NCBI RefSeq assembly: GCF_011745625.1
Contig: NW_027191482.1
Coordinates: 1-64,000, forward strand
Direction of reading: 5' to 3'
Source: Cladosporium halotolerans
Taxonomy: Eukaryota
DNA: 64,000 nt
Of this stretch, positions 1 through 12,569 are shown one piece after another. The notes beneath the pieces are model-generated. The model worked only from the letters and a program-made list of their open reading frames with translations. It made no database searches and was not told the DNA's origin. Position numbers and translations under genes: made by a program. The number at the start of each line of letters is the position of its first letter. The first letter of the stretch is position 1.

Positions 1-931
1 GGAGGGAGGGTGCGCTGGGGACGACGGGGGGTGGTGGGGAGGGGGGGTCTGGGGCGGAAGCTGGGGCTGAGTAGAAGGCTGAGGGGTCGGCGGGAGGGGC
101 GGAGGGCGCAGAAGGCACGGAGGGGAAGTAGCCGCCGCCTATTGAGCCGGTGCGGTCTGCCGCTGCCGCTGCTGGGTCGGCGGCAGGGCTGGAGGGCTCG
201 TCTGTGGGCGGCTCGTTGATGTTCTGCGCGGGCAGGGTCGGGGGCGCGGACGGTCCGCCTTGCAGTGTTGATTCTGGCCGCGAGGGCTGGCCGCTGTTGG
301 GGACCGTCTCGGCCGTGGGCGATTTGTATGCTCCAGCTCCTCCTTGCCCAGCGCCTTCCAGCTCCTTCAGCTCCGCCTCGAGCCCTTCATCGTCCTCCTC
401 CGTCGCCGCAGGCTTCGCGGGCTCCTCAACCTTGGGGTTCGTCGCGTTCGGGTCCTCCCCAGCCTTCAGAGCCTTCGCTATCCTCAGCGCGTGGAACTTC
501 GCGAACTTGCTCTTCGCCGCACACTCCCCCTCCAGCGGCGCCCAGATAGCCTGCACGTCCAAGAACGCCGCGGCGGCCTGGAACGTGTCCGCCGTGGCCC
601 TGGTGACCTTGTCCGCGCGCTGGGCTGCGTCCGCACGCTCAAAGGTCTCCAGCGCGAACTCCTCCATGTACGCCTTCGCGGCGAGGTCGTCTACAACGGC
701 GTCGTTGGCGGCGTTGGTGGACTTGTAGGCCTCCAGCTTGTCCATGAGCTGGATGGCGTAGGCCTGGACCTCATCGTCGGTCGTGTGCAGCTGCTTGTTG
801 AGGATGATCTGCAGGACGAAGTACTCGAGCCAGTAGGCGGCGACGGGCCGGTATTTCTCGAGCTGCGCGGCGCGGGTTGCGAAGCGTTGGACGTCGGCGG
901 TCTTAAGTTTGGCTGGGATGGGCGCCGCCAT
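1..931 (-). CDS. VTA1: Vta1/LIP5-like ESCRT (Vps4 regulator) protein, 3' end runs off the window
   Basis: Read by hand on the minus strand from ATG at 931: MAAPIPAKLKTADVQRFATRAAQLEKYRPVAAYWLEYFVLQIILNKQLH...KFAKFHALRIAKALKAGEDPN, the Vta1 N-terminal MIT region, followed by a Pro-rich linker. Absent from the ORF track because its stop lies outside the window. Confidence 0.9.
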   Translation of the reverse strand, partial: MAAPIPAKLKTADVQRFATRAAQLEKYRPVAAYWLEYFVLQIILNKQLHTTDDEVQAYAIQLMDKLEAYKSTNAANDAVVDDLAAKAYMEEFALETFERADAAQRADKVTRATADTFQAAAAFLDVQAIWAPLEGECAAKSKFAKFHALRIAKALKAGEDPNATNPKVEEPAKPAATEEDDEGLEAELKELEGAGQGGAGAYKSPTAETVPNSGQPSRPESTLQGGPSAPPTLPAQNINEPPTDEPSSPAADPAAAAADRTGSIGGGYFPSVPSAPSAPPADPSAFYSAPASAPDPPSPPPPVVPSAPSL

Positions 932-1329
932 CGCGGGTGGTTTCGCGGTGTGGGTTTCTGCTCAGGGTGTTGATCGGTGCGAATTGAGCTCTGCAATGCT
1001 TCTAGCTGAGTGCGATCGCTTTTGGGTGATTGAGGTGCTGTGGTATAGAGAGATTGAGGTGTAGGAGCAGACTGCAAGTAAACAGCGTCATACCAGACCC
1101 CGCGAGCTGGAGCTGGCGCTGCCACGCGAGCTTCACAGCAGCTTCCCGACCCGGCCTCGTGCTCCCGAGCAGCAGGAGAAGCCACGTTGATGTTACATAT
1201 AGCCGCATATATACGAGCACTCAGGTCTCCTACACGTGCTCACCAGCAAGACCAATGCTGTAAACTTGCAACACAGGCTAAGTGCCATTCTCCTAACACG
1301 CATCCACTACCTCAAGTCACGCAGCCAAA

Positions 1330-2910
1330 ATGCATCCCAAACCCGTCCTAGCAGCCGCGGCCTCTCTCCTCCTCGCGCCCTCCGCCCTAGCCGCCGGCCT
1401 CTACGGCAAAGGCTCGCCCGTCCTCCAACTCGGCTCCAAAGACTTCGACGCCAACATCAAGGCCACCAACCACACCAGCATCGTCGAGTTCTATGCGCCC
1501 TGGTGCGGCCACTGCCAGAACCTCAAGCCCGCCTTCGAGAAAGCCGCCAAATCCCTCTCCGGCCTGGCCAAGGTCGCCGCCGTCAACTGCGATGAGGAGG
1601 CCAACAAGCCGCTGTGCGGCCAGATGGGCGTGCAGGGCTTCCCGACTCTGAAGATTGTGCGGCCGGGCAAGAAGGCTGGCAAGCCGAGCATTGAGGACTA
1701 CCAGGGTGCCAGGAGCGCTAAGGCAATTGTGGACGCTGTTATCGACAAAGTCCCGAACCATGTGACGCGGTTGAAGGACTCGGAAGTGGATAGCTGGGTG
1801 GAGAAGGAGGGTCCCAAGGCCATCCTGTTCTCTGACAAGGGAGTCGTCAGCGCACTCTTGAAGGCGCTGGCCATCGATTTCCTGGGCGGCCTTGATGTCG
1901 CGCAGATCAGGAACAAAGAGACAACAGCGGTGCAGAAGTACGGCATCGACAAATTTCCCACCCTCGTCCTCCTCCCAGGCGAAGGCAAGGAGCCCATCAA
2001 GTACAGCGGCGACATGAAGAAAGAACCCCTGGTCGCTTTCCTCTCTCAAGCCGCCTCTCCCAACCCCGACCCAGCGCCCAAGAAGGCCAAATCCTCCGCC
2101 AAAAAGGACAAGAGCCAGAGCAGCAAGGCCTCCTCTTCCTTCTCCAAAGCCTCCGCCTCCCACGCCAGCTCCGAAGGCTCCGCGTCCCCCGCCTCGCAAA
2201 CCGCCGAAACGCTCGACGAAGCCTCCAACCCAACCGCCTCCCCCGACCCCCAAGTCTCCTCCCAAAAGGCGCAGAAACCCATCTCCGTCCCAACCCCCAT
2301 CCCCACGCTCCCCGACGGCCTCTCCCTCCAACAAAAATGCCTCAACGACAAAGCATCAACCTGCATCCTCGCCCTCCTCCCCGCCTCCAACACCCCCACG
2401 GAGTCCTCGACGCACGCCCTCGCCGCCCTCGCCGCCCTCGCCGAAATCCACCACAAGCACGAGTCCGCCAAGCGCAACCTCTTCCCCTTCTACCAGCTCC
2501 CCACAACCAACTCGCAGGCCACCGCCCTGCGCTCCCTCCTCTCCCTCTCCGACGGCGTCGAGCTCGTCGCGCTCAACGGCAAGCGCGGCTGGTACCGGCA
2601 CTTCGCCGGCGAGCCGTCGGCTTCCGCGCTCGAGGCCTGGATCGACGCCATCCGCATGGACGACCTGGCCAAGGGCAAGCTGCCGGACAACCTGGTCGTT
2701 CCGCGCGAGGCGCTGCCGGCGGAGCCGGTGCAGTTCGAGGCTGCGACGGACGACCCGGAGGCGATGAGGGCGAAGCTGAAGGAGTCGTTGCCCGAGGGGG
2801 TGGATTTTGAGTTCGAGGAAATCGATGATGAGGAGTACGAGAGGATTATGGAGGCGGGAAAGAAGAAGGCGGGTGAGGAGAAGGTGGAGAGCGAGCATGA
2901 TGAGCTTTGA
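1330..2910 (+). CDS. MPD1: Protein disulfide isomerase, Mpd1/PDIA6-like, ER resident
   Basis: Signal peptide, one thioredoxin active site EFYAPWCGHC, GVQGFPTLK motif, C-terminal HDEL; single exon, 526 aa. Confidence 0.9.
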   Translation: MHPKPVLAAAASLLLAPSALAAGLYGKGSPVLQLGSKDFDANIKATNHTSIVEFYAPWCGHCQNLKPAFEKAAKSLSGLAKVAAVNCDEEANKPLCGQMGVQGFPTLKIVRPGKKAGKPSIEDYQGARSAKAIVDAVIDKVPNHVTRLKDSEVDSWVEKEGPKAILFSDKGVVSALLKALAIDFLGGLDVAQIRNKETTAVQKYGIDKFPTLVLLPGEGKEPIKYSGDMKKEPLVAFLSQAASPNPDPAPKKAKSSAKKDKSQSSKASSSFSKASASHASSEGSASPASQTAETLDEASNPTASPDPQVSSQKAQKPISVPTPIPTLPDGLSLQQKCLNDKASTCILALLPASNTPTESSTHALAALAALAEIHHKHESAKRNLFPFYQLPTTNSQATALRSLLSLSDGVELVALNGKRGWYRHFAGEPSASALEAWIDAIRMDDLAKGKLPDNLVVPREALPAEPVQFEAATDDPEAMRAKLKESLPEGVDFEFEEIDDEEYERIMEAGKKKAGEEKVESEHDEL

Positions 2911-3561
2911 GCCGTGACTTGCATTTCTAGCTGTGAAGATAGCGTCTGTACGATTGAGCGGTGCCTCACTTCTTCACGTATTTGGCCTTCCCTGGGCTTT
3001 GTTGGACACTGTTTCTGGGGGAAGGAAAGACTAGCGTTCATATTACCTCAGACACATCGTGGCGGAGGCACGCGTCACTCGATGAAACCAGAATGCATTT
3101 TTTCCATTTTTACACGACAAAATGCGGTAGTGTCAGAATGCGTATATGACAATGAGCATCGCTCAAACAACGAAATCGATTCGAAAAGACTCTCGCGAGC
3201 CGCCAAAACCCCTGCCATATCTTGACCCGAAACGCCCCCGCTGTGCCGCTTTTCGCAAAAAGAGAAAAAGACGGTAAGAAATCCCTGTTCGGAATGATGC
3301 TGTGGCGAGCCGGATACACGTCCCTTGGGCGCTCTGCCATGTGCTGGCCTGTCGATTGTGTGTCGAAGCATGATCGATCCCGCTGCTGTTGCTTGTTGCA
3401 TGCGGGACGTCTGTTCGTATGTCTGCTGGGGGAGTGGGCAATCGGTTGCGTGATGTCTTGACTCCCCTGCCTTTCCCGTCCCCGACCTAGCCATCCCAAT
3501 CCCCAAACCATTCATGACATCGTGCCCATACCATCCCTAGCCCAAGCCCAAACCCAAACCC

Positions 3562-5456
3562 CTAAAACCTCCCACCACTGCCCCTCCAATACTCCCCCTC
3601 CTCTTCCTCAGGCGGATGCAGTCCCAGCCCGCCCCTAGCCCTCTGATCGCGCGCGTCGTACCCGTGATCACGGCTAGAGCTATTCTGCCTGCTCAGCGGC
3701 ATCTTAGGCGTGCTGAACGACGCGTTAGGCGGGTTGTAGCGGCGCTCGCCGGAGACGGGCGGGGGCGGCGAGACGGAGCCGAAGTAGTCGCGCGTCGTCG
3801 CGCGGCTGCTGTTCTGGCGGTGCAGGATGGGATTCGTGGAGCCGGAAGAGTCGTGGCCGGGACGGCGGGAGCTGTAGGTTGGGTCCGGGGAGTGGGTTTC
3901 TGAGTAGCGGGGTGGGTTGTGGCGCGAGTGGGCGTAGGCGGGGTCGGAGTCGTTCTGGAGGGGGCTGCGGTAGGCGGATTCGGGGGAGTGGAGGAAGGTC
4001 TCGGAGGAGTCGGTGATGTTGGGGCTTTTGCGGTCGGGGTTGTAGGAGAGTGGGCCGGAGATGGTGGCGGTGTAGCCGGGCTTTTGCATTTCGAAGGTCG
4101 TGTTGTGGTGGCCGTTGTCGTAGTTGTGGTATTCACGCTGGGAGGGAGCGCGCATGATGTCTGTTCTGGCATCGAGGGAGACGAACTCTTGTCGCTTGGT
4201 GAAGCGGTGGGTGAAGAACTCGAGCCAGGCGGGGAAGATCGATGGTCTGGTGAGAAAGAGGAAAACCTGTACGCCGGCCAGAGAGAGGAGGATGAGCACT
4301 GCGACGACAGTGGGCTCGTTCACGCGATAGTTGGCCGCCTCGTCGAGGCATTTGTTCTTATCGGTTGGGTGTTGCGCGAGGCACATTACCCAAGGCATGA
4401 TCTTTTCGACATCATCGGGGACCCTCGTTTGCAAGCCATCCAGATAGACGAACACAATCGCGAAGAAGATGACATCCACGAGGATGATGGTGCAAATGAT
4501 GATTCCACGCCATTGCAGCCAAAGGACCTTCTTTAGTCGCTGGTAGACTGCGCGTGCGGTCTGTGTGTGGACACTGCCAGTGTAGCTTGGGAGGCCACTG
4601 CCGGAGGCGCTGGTGGAGTTCGCCGGGCTGTCGACCCAAAGATTCTTCAAGTAAACGTGCATGCAGTATCCGAAAGTGATCAGCTGGAGAATACCAGCAA
4701 TGCCAGCCATTCCCATCAGGGGGCCCCAGAAGTCGGCCATGGAGTCGGCGTGGTTTACGTGGCAAGCGCTGCCAAACCGGAAGCTGACACCGGTGAGAGT
4801 CATGGTGACCGTGAAGAGGATAGCCGGAATGCCCCAACCAACGACCTGCGAGACGTAGAAGAACTTGCGACCAGGGACAATGTCCCAGCAGATCTGCAAG
4901 TTCATCGACAGAGCACGAATGCAAATCCACATGGCGGCGCACAATCCGCCAGCCACGATGAAGGCACCGCTCCACGCGCATCCCATCGACGAGTACATAT
5001 CGTTTGGTGTAATCGCGTCGTAGCATTGCTCAGGATTCGCGCCCAGGGGTATTGTGAAGCCAAGGCAGATCATGATGACTGCAATGATCAAACATACTGA
5101 CAGGTAATGACTCCTCGTCTTCTGTGTCGGCAGGACCATGTAGCTCAACAGCATGAAGACCAACAATATCAGGCCAACGACGTTCAACCATTCTGAAATG
5201 TCATTGTATGTTGTGAAGTTGTCTGAATAGGCCCACTGTGTTGCCGGACAGGGCAGGCAACATGTCGGCTTGCCAGGAAGGATGTCTACAGGCGTGCAGA
5301 ACCGGCCCTTGATGACTGTATCGTGTCAGCACGAGACCACTGCAATGCGATAATGTATTGATCAAACGTACATCCTCCTTCGGTAGGGAAAAGCGCTTCG
5401 TCCAGGAACGGGGCAAGACAGTTGCCCAGGAAAGGCGATATCGTCGAATTATCCAT
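3562..5456 (-). CDS. Seven-transmembrane GPCR-like protein, fungal GprM/MG00532-like class
   Basis: Exon 1 5456-5372 (MDNSTISPFLGNCLAPFLDEALFPTEGG), intron 5371-5316 (GTACGT...GCTGAC...CAG), exon 2 from FIKGRFCTP..TCCLPCPATQWAY into 7 hydrophobic helices with CYDAITPNDM, GWGIP and GVSFRFGSACH motifs and a Ser/Pro-rich cytoplasmic tail. Confidence 0.8.
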
Positions 5457-8400
5457 GCTGTGTAAGTATACTGGTTGATTTATAGTAGTGACGCCGAGAG
5501 CGTCTTGTATAGGGTAGCTGTGCGATTATTGTCTTTCAATGCGATGGTCGTGAGATTTCAATCGTGAGTCGTTTGATAATGATGCTTTTTGGTTGGCCTC
5601 CAGGTTAGATGCGATATGTCCAAGTCCAGATGTCGAGGGTACAGTCGTCATGAACCCATGACCAAATGCTTCAGCCCAAGGAACGCAACCTGCAAGGCCT
5701 CGCCGAATTCGCTCGTTTGAGTTGAACCGCCCCAACGGTCTTACAGAGGCTTACAGGAGGTGTGGGAGCACAGCAGAGCCAACATGCAAGAGAACGTATC
5801 GAAGGCGGGCCCCACGGAAGGAGGAAGTAAAGAGAGAGCGCTCCAGATGGGCAGACAGTTGACAGGATATGCAGCCGATGAGTAAAAGGTGTCTGCAGCG
5901 CCGCCCCGGGGCAGAAGGTCTCTTAGGCAGGTAGACGAGCTGACAGGCAGTAGCGGCAGTGGCGAGGGCGCTGTTCAAGGCGCGAAGGAATGGTCCTACA
6001 CATGCGAGCGTGCGGTGCCGCAGGCCAGGCACACGACTCAATATTACAATACGCCCGCCTACCAAGCACCCACCCCAGGACCATCACGAGGGCGTGCGAA
6101 CTAGCAAGAGCGAGGCGCCTGGAGGCGGCACTCCGCACGCGGTCGCCAGCGGGCTCGAGCTGGACGCCGCAGGGCACAATCCCTGTCCAGGCATCGTGCT
6201 TGGTCGTCCGAATGTGACATGGCCGCTGCCGACCCGCCTGCGAGCGCGAGAGACGTGAAGAGCGTTGACCTCTGGGCCTCCACGCGCGGCTGTGGCACGA
6301 GCGTTGCACCAGTGAGACAGGCTAAGCCGGTTCCTGGTCTACTGCGCGATGCACGTTTCTGTGCCCCTGCATTCGATGCCGGACCAATGCAACGCAGCCG
6401 GTTCGCTTCTTCGCCAGGATTCGCTAGACGGCTGCAGGGTGTGATGGCCGACTGAACGCGCGAATCGGAGAAACGCACCTCACGGGTCGAGGATGCGGGC
6501 GACGATGGGTAAATGGCATGCGGCTGGAGTGGGTATTGTGGCAGGCTGAGGGCCGTCTTGGAAGTGGCACTGGCGGCGAGCGTGTGCACCCCGGCAACAC
6601 ATCGTCCGACAGGCTGGCGAGGACGACCACCCAGAGCGGAGGAGCTGCACGACCATCGTCTCACCTTGTCCGGCGCAGAAGGTTACTGGCGACGGCCGAA
6701 TGCTAGTGGGCCGGGTGTGCTGGCAAGTCCAGGGACGAGTATGTGCACGAGCACGATGGCCATGGCTGAGCTTTGGCGGCAGTAGCTGCGGATAGGCCCT
6801 TTGGTCGCCGGGGGGGCCCACCACGCGAGCTCCAAGCGCAGGGTGCTGCCGGCGCGCCTGCGAGTGAACATCGAGGGCAGGGATGTCGCGCAGCACGGCA
6901 CTGCGGCCAGACAGCCGCGATTTGACGACCTGGTGCAGGCGCGAGTAATACATACTCGCTGAATGTGCGCCGGCCAGCTCCGCGCCCGCGATTTGAGATG
7001 TGGCGGCGGGTCGTGACGGCGATCGAGATAGCCATTATGGCATTTTTATTGCCGGGCTCTCAGCTGTGGCGCGTCGCGCAGTCGCAGCGCTGGGCACTGG
7101 CTGCGCTCTCGCTGTGCAGAGAGTTGAGGCCGCCGCTCCGCTACTGCAAGCCCACCGTGCTGGGCGGGCATCTCGAACAAAGGCAAAACTGCGCCGGGCG
7201 ATTTTTGACACACGCACTCCGCCCTTCACGTGGAAATGGCGCGTCCTCAGCGTGCGCCGCACGTACATACGTATGCTTCGCTTCTTGAATTTTGACAGTT
7301 CGCGCAAGCGTACCGCGAGTACTGCATCACCCGCTCTGCGTAGCCCTCGCGCGAACACGGTACGGATGTGTGGAGCAGCCTTCCGGCGGACAGGCGAGGC
7401 TCGCCGTTGCAATCTGAAGCACTCCTCAAACGCTTTGGACAAGGCCGAGGACCTTCCGGTTTCGGCCATAGGCCCGTCCTTCGTGATCCTTGGAGTAGAC
7501 ACATCGAGAATTTATCTCAGCCGATCGTCAAGGAGCCATTGCTGTGGGAGTCAACGCTTTGGAAGGCTCTGGTGTACATGCGGCGCAGCTGGTGCTCGCC
7601 GCGCGAAGGACGCCGCGTCGGCCAAGGAGTTGGGGGTCACGCTTCTGTCATGTCTCGAGTATTACGTCTCGGACGCAGCTTCGCCTATGTACGAAGCAGA
7701 AGGAGGCGTCTGCGACAAGGCGGGTAATAGATCGATGGGCCTTCAGCCTGCGACCCAGACCTCGTGCCCTACAGATAGGCGTCGCAAGCGAGTAATGCAC
7801 GCGTGGAAATCACCCCGTCTGTGCCTTGCTGCCACATGGACTTCATATATATAAGTTTTCGCCAGAGAACAACAACCAGATTTGAGGGACTCGGATGGCG
7901 CCAAACTCCGCGGAGCATTATACTTTGTGGACGCCAGCTAGAAGGCGTCCCGTCGAACGCGACGCGAACACGAAGATCAGACAGGCACCCGATATCCGAG
8001 GTTGGGCATCGACCGTCGGAAAGTCTCGCTCAGGGCTGAGGGCAGAAATTGCATCTTTGCCCACCGTGCCCCTAAGCGAAGCCAAAGACATGGTCTTGAA
8101 GTCAAATGGTCCCGACTCTGGGGGTTGAAAAAGTGATGTGGTGTTGGCTGGGAGACGATTCAGAAGAGCTTTCGACAATCATGCAGTTTCACACGACTAT
8201 CGGAGTTGGTTCAGATTCCACATGTAGAATACGCAAATTTGAGGCGCTCGTGGTATTCAAATGTTCGCATTTCAAGTCCCGATGAGGTGTTGTTGATGTG
8301 GAGCATTCACTTGCCAAGCTTGACTGTCTCATACAAATCTGGGTGCTGTTCATGTACGTAGAGTTTGTCTACTCAAGTATTCAGCCTGAAATGTTAGTTC

Positions 8401-8826
8401 TGTTACCCTTGGTATGCTGTGCTACAGGCTACGGGTTCCGGACCCGAAAATCACATATTGATGCTGCGATGGTCAGCCAAGGTAGTCAGCTGAGTGCTTG
8501 GGGTTTCAAAAGGTTCGCTTATATTCAGCACACCTTGTCGAAGCGTCGTATTGTTGACTTTTCTACCGCGCTGGCCTTTGGCGAAAAAAGAGTTATGTTG
8601 CACCTTCAACACGCCCGCCTTGGGCTGCAAGTCATCCCCTTTTCAATTGAGGAAGGCGTGGATATGCCGACAGGAATTTTGAGTCGAATGATTTCCGAGC
8701 ATCTAGATTACGATCCGGAGAGGTTGCTGCATCACAGAGACCGATATTCTGTCAGGGTTTTTGGGCCGGCTGACAGCAGGCACTTCGATGTCCTGGTAGA
8801 GGCAAAAGCGACCAAAAGAGCCTGGA

Positions 8827-9595
8827 TCATTCCTTATAGATATTGATCCCGAGATGGACAGCAAACATGGCTATGAGAAGCTTGTGACCAAGTTAGCGGG
8901 AGCACCAAGCAATGTGAACAGGCGCGGGTATTCCACGCACCAGGAGAATGTAAGTGCCGATGACCATGAGTTCCCATCCTCCAGCTTGCACCTTGCCAAT
9001 GGCCATCAGATGCTGTTGACGAAAGTAACGAATGGCTCCAAGCAGTGTCACGCAAACCGCAGAGCCGTGAAATATGCAGGAAATGGGTTTGCTAAGGACG
9101 TAGTACCCAAAAACTGGATCGGGTGTGGGGGAGTGTTGCAGGCGGTACAGCTGTGCAATGACTACACCCAACATAGCGAGTGCAAGGGAAGTACGTAGGT
9201 ATCCCAGAAACGTACGCTCATTGGCTGACCAACGTCAGTTCAAGATTAGGAGATGGTGCGAGAATGAAAATGTTGCCGCCAGATAGCACAAGCGTTGCAC
9301 AGGGCTTACCTAGGTGATCTCTGCAGTCATCATGGGGTACTGTGATCCTTACATGGTGCCGCCAGAACTTCTTCACTGGGTCGTACCAATGCAGCTCCGC
9401 GCTAGGAGGAGTCAGGGCTCGTGAATGCCATCGGTGGCCGGGCGATACGTCTCGCAGCTCTGTCGCTTCCCGCTCGTCGTCACTATCTGAGTCTGCATCC
9501 GACCTCCTGGTGTGTGCTGGCTCGGGCTCGGGCACGGCCTGCTCAGAAGGCGTATGCTGTGACAGTGACTTTCTCTGTCTGGGCTCCTCTGCCAT
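8827..9595 (-). CDS. DUF202 (YidH-like) small membrane protein
   Basis: Three exons: 9595-9310, 9224-8941, 8880-8827. Splicing creates the DUF202 signature RDHLANERTFLGYLRTS followed by three TM segments, ending LLIAMFAVHLGINIYKE*. Confidence 0.85.
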
Positions 9596-10184
9596 GGAAG
9601 CCGCGCGTGACGGAGGACGAGGTCGGCGGTTTTACGTCAGAACATGCTACCGAATTTTTCTTCCACCACTTATTGGTAATAGCAAGACGATAGAGGGTGG
9701 ATACTATGGTGAGGAGTTGGGAGCGTGGACAGGACTTTGCGTAGTGGAGGCCATTGGGATGGTGTTGGAGGTGGAGCAGGCGTTGCTCGTAAGGCCGAGA
9801 CTAGCGGCTGCGGGAAGGCGGGAAGCTGTGGGGCAGCGCCGGCAGCGCGCTGAGAGAGAGACAGCGCGCGAGCGATGCCGGGCGTGTCGGGCCAGGCAAG
9901 ACAGGCTCTGATCTTAGGTATTCTGAGGGGCGGGGGGGAGCAGGGCCTTCGCAAAATCCCCTTGTCGCTCGTTCATCGCCTCGGACGTGCTTTTCATCTG
10001 TCACTCGATTGCGAAATCGGCCAGACAACCGTCTTTCTCGCGACCAGGGTGGCGGATCTTGCACGCGGCGCGTTCCGACACTCTCAGAATTCTGCCCATA
10101 TAATCCCCGCGCGGCCGACACCAGACGGAACTGTTCATTCGCCGCCTGCGGCGACACCACAAACGACAAACCACCGCCACCACC

Positions 10185-11780
10185 ATGGCCTTCTCCAAGT
10201 CTACGAGGATCATCATCCTACTGGTCATCGACACCATCTTCTTCCTCCTCGAGCTCTCCGTCGGATATGCCGTCCACTCGCTGGCCCTGATCGCGGACGC
10301 CTTCCACATGCTCAACGATGTCCTTTCCCTCTGCGTCGGTCTCTGGGCCGTCAAGGTCTCCAACAGCAAGCCGAGCTCGAACGTGTACACATACGGATGG
10401 CAGCGCGCCGAGACCCTCGGTGCGCTGGTCAATGGTGTCTTCCTGGTAGCCCTTTGCGTTAGCATCTTCCTGGAGGCAATTCAGCGCTTTGTCGAGCCTC
10501 AGGAGGTCTCGCAGCCGAAGCTGATTCTTATTGTTGGATGCTTGGGCTTGGCTTCGAATATCATGGGTCTCTTTCTGTTTCACGAGCATGGACATGGGCA
10601 CAGCCACGGCGGACACAGTCACGGACCCGGCGATGAGATCGCGCAAGCCGAAGAGGGCCATGCTCATGACCACGATCATGCCCACGGAGAGAATGCCACC
10701 CACCAGTCCCCCAAAGGGAGTCAGACCACCGCTGTGGAAGATCAGGCTTCCCCTGCCAGGTACCAGAACCGCAGGCACAGCCGCTCTGGCTCCAGATATT
10801 CCGGTTTCGACGACATCCACGTTAACCCGAACGCATTCCGCCAGTCCATCATTGCGGCCAGCCGCTTGGAGGATCTTGAATCTGAAGATGACACCGACAA
10901 CGACCAGGCTGCGGAGGACGACGAAGATGATACCCACACACATGCTCAGTCGAGCATGCCTCTCTTGAGCGGGCAGCACGCGGGTTACGGCAGCACGAAG
11001 CGCAAGTCGATAGACCACAAGCAGCACAGGCACGCTCAGCCGAAGGAGCAGCAAAGCGGTGGCCACGGCCACTCTCACGGTGACCTCAACATGCGCGGTG
11101 TCTTCCTCCACGTTTTGGGTGATGCCCTCGGTAACGTCGGCGTCATTGCCACCGCACTCTTCATCTGGCTCACCGACTTCAGCTGGCGCTTCTACATGGA
11201 CCCTGCCATCTCGCTCATCATCACCGCTATCATCCTCGCCTCTGCTATCCCGCTTTGCAAGGCTGCTTCTCGCATCCTCCTCCAAGCTGTTCCCGCCGGC
11301 ATTTCCGTCGAGGACATCAAAGCCGACATCGAGGACCTTCCCGGCATCGTCTCCTGCCACCACGTCCACGTCTGGCAGCTCAGCGACACCAAGCTCGTCG
11401 GCAGCCTGCACGTCCAGGTCGAGTTCGACTTCAAGGGCGAGGGCTCCGCGCGCTACATGGAGCTGGCACAGGCTATCCGCCGCTGCCTGCACGCCTACGG
11501 CATCCACTCCTCCACCATCCAGCCCGAGTTCTGCCTCGACCCCGAGCACGACCACAGCGGCAGCACCGACGCCGGAGACGAGCACATCGACAGCCCGCAG
11601 GGCTCGTCTGCTGCCCGCAACAACTCCAACACGAACAGCCGCGTCGCCAGCAAAGCGGGTAGTGTCCGCGAGCCCGACGCCTGCTTGCTCGAGTGCGGAG
11701 ACCAGTGCGGGCCGGATAAGAGCTGCTGCGCGCCGGCGCCTTCGCAGGATTCGCACGATGGTCACGACCATGCCCACTAG
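10185..11780 (+). CDS. ZRC1: Cation diffusion facilitator zinc transporter (Zrc1/Cot1-like)
   Basis: SLALIADAFHMLND, YTYGWQRAETLGAL, His-rich loop, LNMRGVFLHVLGDALG, HVHVWQL, GIHSSTIQPE and a Cys-rich C-terminus; single exon. Confidence 0.93.
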   Translation: MAFSKSTRIIILLVIDTIFFLLELSVGYAVHSLALIADAFHMLNDVLSLCVGLWAVKVSNSKPSSNVYTYGWQRAETLGALVNGVFLVALCVSIFLEAIQRFVEPQEVSQPKLILIVGCLGLASNIMGLFLFHEHGHGHSHGGHSHGPGDEIAQAEEGHAHDHDHAHGENATHQSPKGSQTTAVEDQASPARYQNRRHSRSGSRYSGFDDIHVNPNAFRQSIIAASRLEDLESEDDTDNDQAAEDDEDDTHTHAQSSMPLLSGQHAGYGSTKRKSIDHKQHRHAQPKEQQSGGHGHSHGDLNMRGVFLHVLGDALGNVGVIATALFIWLTDFSWRFYMDPAISLIITAIILASAIPLCKAASRILLQAVPAGISVEDIKADIEDLPGIVSCHHVHVWQLSDTKLVGSLHVQVEFDFKGEGSARYMELAQAIRRCLHAYGIHSSTIQPEFCLDPEHDHSGSTDAGDEHIDSPQGSSAARNNSNTNSRVASKAGSVREPDACLLECGDQCGPDKSCCAPAPSQDSHDGHDHAH

Positions 11781-12008
11781 TCTTTCCTTTTGTTTTCATC
11801 TTTTGTTTTGAGCATCTGCTGTTCTTGCTTTGTACAGTACCTGACATCGCCAAATGCTCCTAGCGTTTCTCTGTTAGCTCCTCTGAATGGTGTACGATGC
11901 GGATCGAAGGCGCACAGGCGGCAACGGCCTCGGGGAACGGCCTTATAAAATTAGAGTACCCTGAAATACATAATACCACTGCAACCCCACCTCGCCTCGC
12001 CCTCCCTC

Positions 12009-12569
12009 TCAAAACCCCCAAACACCCCCCTCCCCCTCCCTCCCCTCCCCCAGCCCATTCGCCCTCAAAACCCCCACCGCCCTTTCAACCACACTCGTCA
12101 TGAAATCCTTCCCGACGACAACTCCCAGCCCCGTGCGCGCCATCTTCGACGCGTCCGGGTACAGCCACGGCAGCGCGCCGCAGCCTTCCAACGCGCGCAT
12201 GGAGTCCAGTTCCTCGCGCGAGAAACCCGCGCCGACGACAATGGCGCGCGGGGCCGTGGTTTGGGAGGCCGTGGCGTTGGTGCCGAGGTGGGAGGAGGGG
12301 GGCGTGTGCGTGCCGGCGAGGAGGGAGGGGAGTTCGGTTGCGACGGTTTGGGGCGTGTGGAAGACGTGGGCGACTGGAGGGGAGGGTTAGGGGGGGGTTC
12401 AACGGGTGGATGTTTATTAGATGGGTTTTTCTTGACGTGGTTGGGTTGGGTGGAGTTTGGGATGATGGTCGGGCTTACCATAGTAATCAGGGCTGAGGGA
12501 GGGGTGTTTTGTGAAAGAGGCGGCCATGTTGGGGTTCTTGCCGCAGAGGGCGATCGGGATGGGAGCCAT
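12009..12569 (-). CDS. Small hypothetical fungal protein (about 150 aa)
   Basis: Exon 1 12569-12479 MAPIPIALCGKNPNMAASFTKHPSLSPDYY, intron 12478-12374 (GTAAGC...CTAAC...CAG), exon 2 VAHVFHTPQ...PRAIVVGAGFSREELDSMR...GVWGF*. An alternative in-frame ATG lies at 12590. Confidence 0.7.

Noticed and set aside
5760..8100. Many overlapping 60-280 aa ORFs upstream of the GPCR
   Set aside because: GC-rich intergenic sequence giving Arg/Ala/Pro-rich junk translations on both strands with no splice-consistent model.
8298..8846. 182-aa + strand ORF overlapping the DUF202 stop, with an isolated minus-strand branch/acceptor near 8385-8397
   Set aside because: Non-ATG start, no recognisable domain or codon bias; all frames after the acceptor close quickly. 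At most a decayed fragment.
10218..11777. Long antisense ORFs (519 aa here; also 1387-2334, 17503-18765, 40094-41320, 45570-46466, 48211-49149, 54295-55371)
   Set aside because: They mirror real genes on the opposite strand. High GC at third positions suppresses antisense stops, and the translations have no recognisable motifs.
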